From the NCBI GenBank assembly GCA_041746255.1, contig JBGTHM010000092.1, positions 1 to 11,636 on the forward strand: DNA of 11,636 bases, read 5' to 3'. Under the pieces are notes generated by a model. That model did not search any database. It was not told where the DNA came from and saw nothing but the letters and a program-made list of their open reading frames with translations. Below, in pieces: positions 7,222 to 11,636 of this stretch. Position 1 is the stretch's first letter, and the number at the start of each line of letters is the position of its first letter. This DNA is from Fibrobacteria bacterium. Its GTDB lineage: Bacteria > Fibrobacterota > Fibrobacteria > UBA11236. Position numbers and translations under genes: made by a program.

Positions 7222-8238
7222 TTGTCAAGCAGCATAGACTTCAGCAGACTCGAAATCAATCGAAAGAGATCCCTCCCCGTGAGGGATTTCTATTACCAGT
7301 TTAAGGAAGAATTGGCGCTCAGTCTCCGGACACCCGAGGCCTCCCTCTGTACGGAAATCATTGAAGCCAACCTGCACCGACCCGGTTTGGCCCTAGCCGG
7401 ATTCACGGGTGTGTTCTCCTTTCAGCGTGTGCAGATTATCGGTACCACAGAATGGTCTTACCTTGAATCGGTTGGCGCCGAGAAAAGGGCGGAAATCTTC
7501 AGCCGGCTGCTCGAATACCGCTCACCGATGTGGGTACTGACCCATAATGCCACCTTGCACGACGAATTGCTGCAAATGTGTCTGGCCCAGAATACCCCCA
7601 TCATCTCCACCGATCGGGAAACCCTCGATTTCGTCACCGAAGTTCAGGACATTCTGGAAGACTGGTTCGCTCCCTATTGCTCGATGCATGCCTCTCTAGT
7701 GGATGTTTACGGGGTGGGAATGCTGTATATTGGAGAAAGCGGGGTGGGAAAAAGCGAATGCGCTCTCGACTTGGTGGAACGGGGCCATCGCCTGGTGGCT
7801 GACGACATCGTTCACCTTATTCGCAAAGGCCATTCCATTATCGGCAAGGGCAACAAGATTCTCGGCCATCACATGGAGATCCGCGGCATTGGCATCGTCG
7901 ACGTCGGAAAGCTTTTTGGAATTCGAGCTATACGCAACACCAAAAAAGTGGAAGTGGTGGTGGAATTGCAGAAGTGGCGCGAAGGGGAAAACTATGAGCG
8001 TACCGGACTCGATCCCCTAAGTACCGACGTTATCGGAATCGGCATCCCCAAGGTCATCATTCCCATTTCCCCCGGCAAAAACATAACCGTGATTTCTGAA
8101 GTTATCGCCATGAATATGCTGCTTAAGATGAACGGAGTGGATGCGGCCAAGCTTTTCAATGAAAAGTTGATCGAAACCATGAAAAACAAGGCGCGGCTTA
8201 ACGCTTTGACCCGGCTTTCCACCGAAGTTTACGAATAG
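7222..8238 (+). CDS. hprK: HPr(Ser) kinase/phosphorylase, full length (338 aa)
   Basis: N-domain LHRPGLALAGF and RVQIIG, Walker A GESGVGKSE, RGHRLVADD, signature HHMEIRGIGIVDV, PGKNITV. TTG start with AAGGA upstream. Confidence 0.97.
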   Translation: MSSSIDFSRLEINRKRSLPVRDFYYQFKEELALSLRTPEASLCTEIIEANLHRPGLALAGFTGVFSFQRVQIIGTTEWSYLESVGAEKRAEIFSRLLEYRSPMWVLTHNATLHDELLQMCLAQNTPIISTDRETLDFVTEVQDILEDWFAPYCSMHASLVDVYGVGMLYIGESGVGKSECALDLVERGHRLVADDIVHLIRKGHSIIGKGNKILGHHMEIRGIGIVDVGKLFGIRAIRNTKKVEVVVELQKWREGENYERTGLDPLSTDVIGIGIPKVIIPISPGKNITVISEVIAMNMLLKMNGVDAAKLFNEKLIETMKNKARLNALTRLSTEVYE

Positions 8239-8304
8239 GCTCCGCCCGCGTGTTCAACTTCCGGTTCTCTCTGCAAATCACCAGTGCCTATTTTGCCGGA
8301 ATAT

Positions 8305-8313
8305 TGTTAAAAT
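8305..8313 (+). promoter_or_regulatory. Putative internal extended -10 promoter upstream of mlaD
   Basis: TG-T-TAAAAT in the 120-bp hprK-mlaD gap. Confidence 0.4.
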
Positions 8314-8358
8314 GGCTGGTATGAGCGTATTTGTCCTGGGCCGGGCCGGGAGACCGGA

Positions 8359-9264
8359 ATGAATTTTAAGCGAATCAACCTGGTCGTAGGCCTTTTCGTG
8401 GTAGCGGCATTCGGTATCCTTCTCGTGGGGGTATACTTCCTGAAGGAAACCGTACCCGGACAGCGCACACAAACCCTGCCCGTATTGTTTGAACAGGTTT
8501 CCACGCTGCAGACCGGGGACCCTGTCAAGGTCAACGGCGTAAGGATGGGAAGAGTTTCCGCCATCCGCCTCCTCGATCGCATGGTATTGGCGGAGTTGCG
8601 TTTGGAGCAAGGGGTGGCAATTCCCATCGATTCCGATGTCCGCATCCAGAACATCGGATTGATGGGAGAGAGGCAAGTGGGAATCCACATGGGTAAATCG
8701 GATAGAAGCGCCACGTCCCAGGATACCTTGCGAGGACGATTGGACGCCGGAATCGCAGAGGCATTGGGAGTGGCCGGTAACGTGTTCGTAGAGGCGGAAG
8801 ACCTGGTTGCTTCCCTGCGATCCGTCGTCGACAGCACCGTGGGGCGCCCTGAATTTTCACAAGCTTTCAATGATCTGATGGCCGAGACGCGGCAGTTAAG
8901 CCGGGAGCTTGACGGCTTCATGTCGGGGGTCAAGCCCAAGGTGGAAAGAAGCCTCGACAATGTGGAAGTCGCCAGCCTTCAAGTTCGCCGTCTGATGGAA
9001 GAGCAGAATGAGCCCTTGCGCCGGATTATGCTGAATAGCGAAGAGGTTTCCGAAAAGCTGAAGGAAGTCGTGCATCGAGGAGATAATGTCGCAATGGAAC
9101 TGGAAAGGCTTCTGCGTACGGTCAATTCGGATTCAAGCACCTTGGGCGCGCTGATTCACGATGGCGCCTTCTATTCGGAATTACGCTCCACTCTCAATAG
9201 TGCGGATTCGCTGTTCGAGCAAATCCGCAAAAAGGGCCTGAACGTCAACTTGGATTTATTCTAG
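8359..9264 (+). CDS. MlaD/MCE family protein (single TM anchor, one MCE domain, long helical C-terminal region), 301 aa
   Basis: TM VVGLFVVAAFGILLVGVYFL. MCE motifs LQTGDPVKVNGVRMGRV, IPIDS, GLMGERQV. Heptad-like helical tail with TLGALIHD..FY. GGGAGA SD at 8348-8353. Confidence 0.92.
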   Translation: MNFKRINLVVGLFVVAAFGILLVGVYFLKETVPGQRTQTLPVLFEQVSTLQTGDPVKVNGVRMGRVSAIRLLDRMVLAELRLEQGVAIPIDSDVRIQNIGLMGERQVGIHMGKSDRSATSQDTLRGRLDAGIAEALGVAGNVFVEAEDLVASLRSVVDSTVGRPEFSQAFNDLMAETRQLSRELDGFMSGVKPKVERSLDNVEVASLQVRRLMEEQNEPLRRIMLNSEEVSEKLKEVVHRGDNVAMELERLLRTVNSDSSTLGALIHDGAFYSELRSTLNSADSLFEQIRKKGLNVNLDLF

Positions 9265-9268
9265 CGGC

Positions 9269-11317
9269 ATGGTTCGTCTCCTATGGGTTTTGCACAACCA
9301 CCAACCCATCGGTAATTTCGATTTCATCTTCCAACGCGCTTACGAAAGAGCTTACCGTCCTTTTCTGGATGTACTTAAGCTCCATCGCGGCATTACCGTA
9401 AGCTTACATTTCTCCGGTATCCTTTTGGATTGGCTGGAAACGCATCAGCCGCATTATGTGGATGAAGTGGGCCAACTCGTACGCGAAGGCAGGGTGGAAA
9501 TACTTGGAGGCGCCTATTATGAAGCCGTACTTCCGTCCATTCCCGATCGCGACAAATCGGGCCAACTTCAAAAGCTTCAGAACGCAGTTCACCGGGTTTT
9601 CGGGGTAAAGCCCCAGGGGGCCTGGTTGGCCGAGAGGGTTTGGGAACCCGCCCTGGCAGAGCGCCTCGTGGATGCCGGTTTTACCTATGTGGTACTGGAC
9701 GCCCATCATCTCAAGTTGGCTGGGCACGCGAATAAGAGTACCCAGGGTTGGTTTTTTACCGAGGAAGCCGGCAAAACCTTGCGCATTCTTCCTATCGATG
9801 GCAACTTACGTGATTTAATCCCATTCCGACCTGTGGATGAGGTGGTGGCTTATCTTAGGGGGCTTGACGCAGCAGGGGACATCCAAATTGTTTTCGGAGA
9901 CGATGGGGAGAAGCTGGGAGACTGGCCTTTTACGCATGAGAGCGTTTACGGCGAGGGATGGCTGGAAGATTTTTTCACGGCTTTGGAGTCTCATCCCGAG
10001 GAGTTCCGGGTTCAGAGCCTTTGTCGCGGCTTTGCGCGCGAGTCTTGTCGGGGATTGGTTTATATCCCCGCCGCCTCCTATCCGGAGATGGGAGTCTGGG
10101 CGCAAAGCCCGGGCGAACTACCGGAGTTTTTACAGGCGAAAGCCATGCTTGCCGAGGCGGAATTACCCACTGAACTCATCCCGGGAAGTTCGTGGCGACA
10201 ATTCCTGATAAAATATTCCGAAAGTAACGCAATGCACAAGCAAATGCTAAGGCTTTCACGGGAAATAGCCGAAGCCGAGGAGCCCATTCCCGGCCTCATG
10301 CAAGGAGCCAGGGAGGAATTGTGGCGAAGCCAATGCAATTGCGCCTATTGGCACGGTGTATTCGGCGGGCTTTATCTGCCGCATTTAAGGAATGCGGTCT
10401 ACCGTTCCCTTATTTCATGTCAGAAGGAATTGGACAAGGGTCGGATGGGAGCAGCCGGATTCGTTTGGGAGAGTCGGGATTGGAACCTGGATGGCCACCT
10501 GGAATATACCCTGAATACGCCTTACCTCTATCTTAGCTTTAATCATCGGGCCGAAATCGATCAATTCTGGCTCAAGGCGACTGGATTCAATCTATGCGAT
10601 TCCCTCAGGCGCCGACCGGAACCCTACCATCTGAACGGGGAGGATTTTTTCCATCAGACTGATACGGAATTGATTTACGACAAGGAACCGAAAGCTTTTG
10701 GTGCGGATCGTTACCTGTCGCCGGGCTTCCCATTCGAACCTTTTCGCAAGCAAGATTATCCCTCTCTTTTTCGCTTCCAGGTAAGGGAAATCCTTACGGA
10801 TACGGGCATGAATTCGGCTCATATCCGGTTTCTGGGCGCGCTTGTGAATACCGAAGGGCAGTCCCTGGCGGAAATGGAAAAATCTTATACACTTACAGAT
10901 AACCATACCCTGGATGTCGCCTGGAGGTTGCGGAATCCAGGGACGGTTCCATTTGGGCTTCGCCTCGTTTCGGAGCTATTATTTTGTTTATTGGCGGGAT
11001 GGGCTACCGACCGCTTCTTGGGGTGGAAGAACGCCAAAGGCGAGGATGTCCGCGCGATGCCGGCCTCAAACGGAGAGATGCCTTTGTGCAGGCGGTTGGA
11101 GGTGTTCGATCAGGCTCAGAGGGTGCGGTTTAGCCTCAGTCACGATGGAACGGAAATGTGGAGATATGGACAGCAAACCGTCAGCCGCTCCGAAAGCGGG
11201 GCGGAAGCGGTGTATCAAGGGACGGTTGTCCTGCCGGTATTCGATGTAGAGCTGGAGTCGAAGGCGGAATGCAGCATGTATCTTAGTATCCGAATCGAAG
11301 AGGGAGTTGCGGTATGA
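9269..11317 (+). CDS. GH57 4-alpha-glucanotransferase / alpha-amylase (DUF1925/DUF1926-type C-terminal domains), 682 aa, no signal peptide
   Basis: HNHQP, GGAYYEA, WLAERVW (nucleophile E122), FGDDGEK (acid/base D212), SYPEM, QCNCAYWHGVFGGLYLPHLR, Ca-loop-like DWNLDG, TVSRSESG.E..YQG. Confidence 0.93.
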   Translation: MVRLLWVLHNHQPIGNFDFIFQRAYERAYRPFLDVLKLHRGITVSLHFSGILLDWLETHQPHYVDEVGQLVREGRVEILGGAYYEAVLPSIPDRDKSGQLQKLQNAVHRVFGVKPQGAWLAERVWEPALAERLVDAGFTYVVLDAHHLKLAGHANKSTQGWFFTEEAGKTLRILPIDGNLRDLIPFRPVDEVVAYLRGLDAAGDIQIVFGDDGEKLGDWPFTHESVYGEGWLEDFFTALESHPEEFRVQSLCRGFARESCRGLVYIPAASYPEMGVWAQSPGELPEFLQAKAMLAEAELPTELIPGSSWRQFLIKYSESNAMHKQMLRLSREIAEAEEPIPGLMQGAREELWRSQCNCAYWHGVFGGLYLPHLRNAVYRSLISCQKELDKGRMGAAGFVWESRDWNLDGHLEYTLNTPYLYLSFNHRAEIDQFWLKATGFNLCDSLRRRPEPYHLNGEDFFHQTDTELIYDKEPKAFGADRYLSPGFPFEPFRKQDYPSLFRFQVREILTDTGMNSAHIRFLGALVNTEGQSLAEMEKSYTLTDNHTLDVAWRLRNPGTVPFGLRLVSELLFCLLAGWATDRFLGWKNAKGEDVRAMPASNGEMPLCRRLEVFDQAQRVRFSLSHDGTEMWRYGQQTVSRSESGAEAVYQGTVVLPVFDVELESKAECSMYLSIRIEEGVAV

Positions 11318-11580
11318 TGACTAAGGAATTGACGGTAATTAACGATTCGGGCATTCACGCCCGGCCGGCGGCGCTAATCGTGGAAACGGCCACCCGATTT
11401 AAATCGGATATTTTCTTCCACAAAGACGGCATGCGGGCCAACGCCAAGAGCATCATGAATATCATGCTCCTTGCCGCCGAACCCGGCGCGGTGGTCAAGG
11501 TGGAAACCCTTGGGCCCGATGAGAAGGAAGCTCTGGAAGCCATCGAACAATTGTTTGTCTCCCGCTTCAAATACGAATAG
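11314..11580 (+). CDS. ptsH: PTS phosphocarrier protein HPr (88 aa)
   Basis: GIH15ARPAA and NAKS46IM at canonical positions. ATGA overlap with the GH57 stop; GGGGAG SD upstream. Confidence 0.97.
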   Translation: MMTKELTVINDSGIHARPAALIVETATRFKSDIFFHKDGMRANAKSIMNIMLLAAEPGAVVKVETLGPDEKEALEAIEQLFVSRFKYE

Positions 11581-11586
11581 ACTCCT

Positions 11587-11636
11587 ATGAGCGGATCCGG
11601 TCACAAACGCATCGTCCTGAACGGCCTACCCGCCTC
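11587..11636 (+). CDS. ptsI: Probable N-terminus of PTS enzyme I (partial)
   Basis: ATG 6 nt after the ptsH stop. MSGSGHKRIVLNGLPA(S) resembles the EI start LxGIxASxG. Only 16 complete codons are visible. Confidence 0.62.
   Translation, partial: MSGSGHKRIVLNGLPA

Noticed and set aside
8282..8297. Sigma-54-like site CAGTGCCTATTTTGCC upstream of mlaD
   Set aside because: The -12 TTGC is present, but the -24 position is AG instead of the invariant GG.
1..11636. CRISPR array, tRNA/rRNA, IS/transposase, defence or phage genes, frameshifted pseudogenes
   Set aside because: No spaced direct repeats, cloverleaf or relevant protein motifs were seen. All complete genes have intact frames of plausible length.

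Overview
Bacterial, Gram-negative (diderm) housekeeping locus. The minus strand carries a two-gene unit (MATE transporter, then a hot-dog thioesterase). It diverges from a long plus-strand cluster: lptC - long lptA/OstA-like - lptB - rpoN - hpf - hprK - mlaD/MCE - GH57 glucanotransferase - ptsH - start of a probable ptsI (cut by the window edge). The first ~145 bp are a highly palindromic non-coding element, also cut by the edge. I see no tRNA, rRNA, CRISPR array or transposase. Protein features suggest an FCB-group organism, possibly Fibrobacterota (inference only). I found no clear-cut new system. The best leads are: (i) an orphan MlaD and a GH57 enzyme embedded in the rpoN/PTS operon, with GH57 overlapping the HPr start and no ptsN/rapZ; (ii) a lipid-anchored LptA of more than double the usual length; (iii) strong enrichment of D-S/T-hydrophobic O-glycosylation-type sequons in the exported proteins; (iv) the structured element at 1-145.
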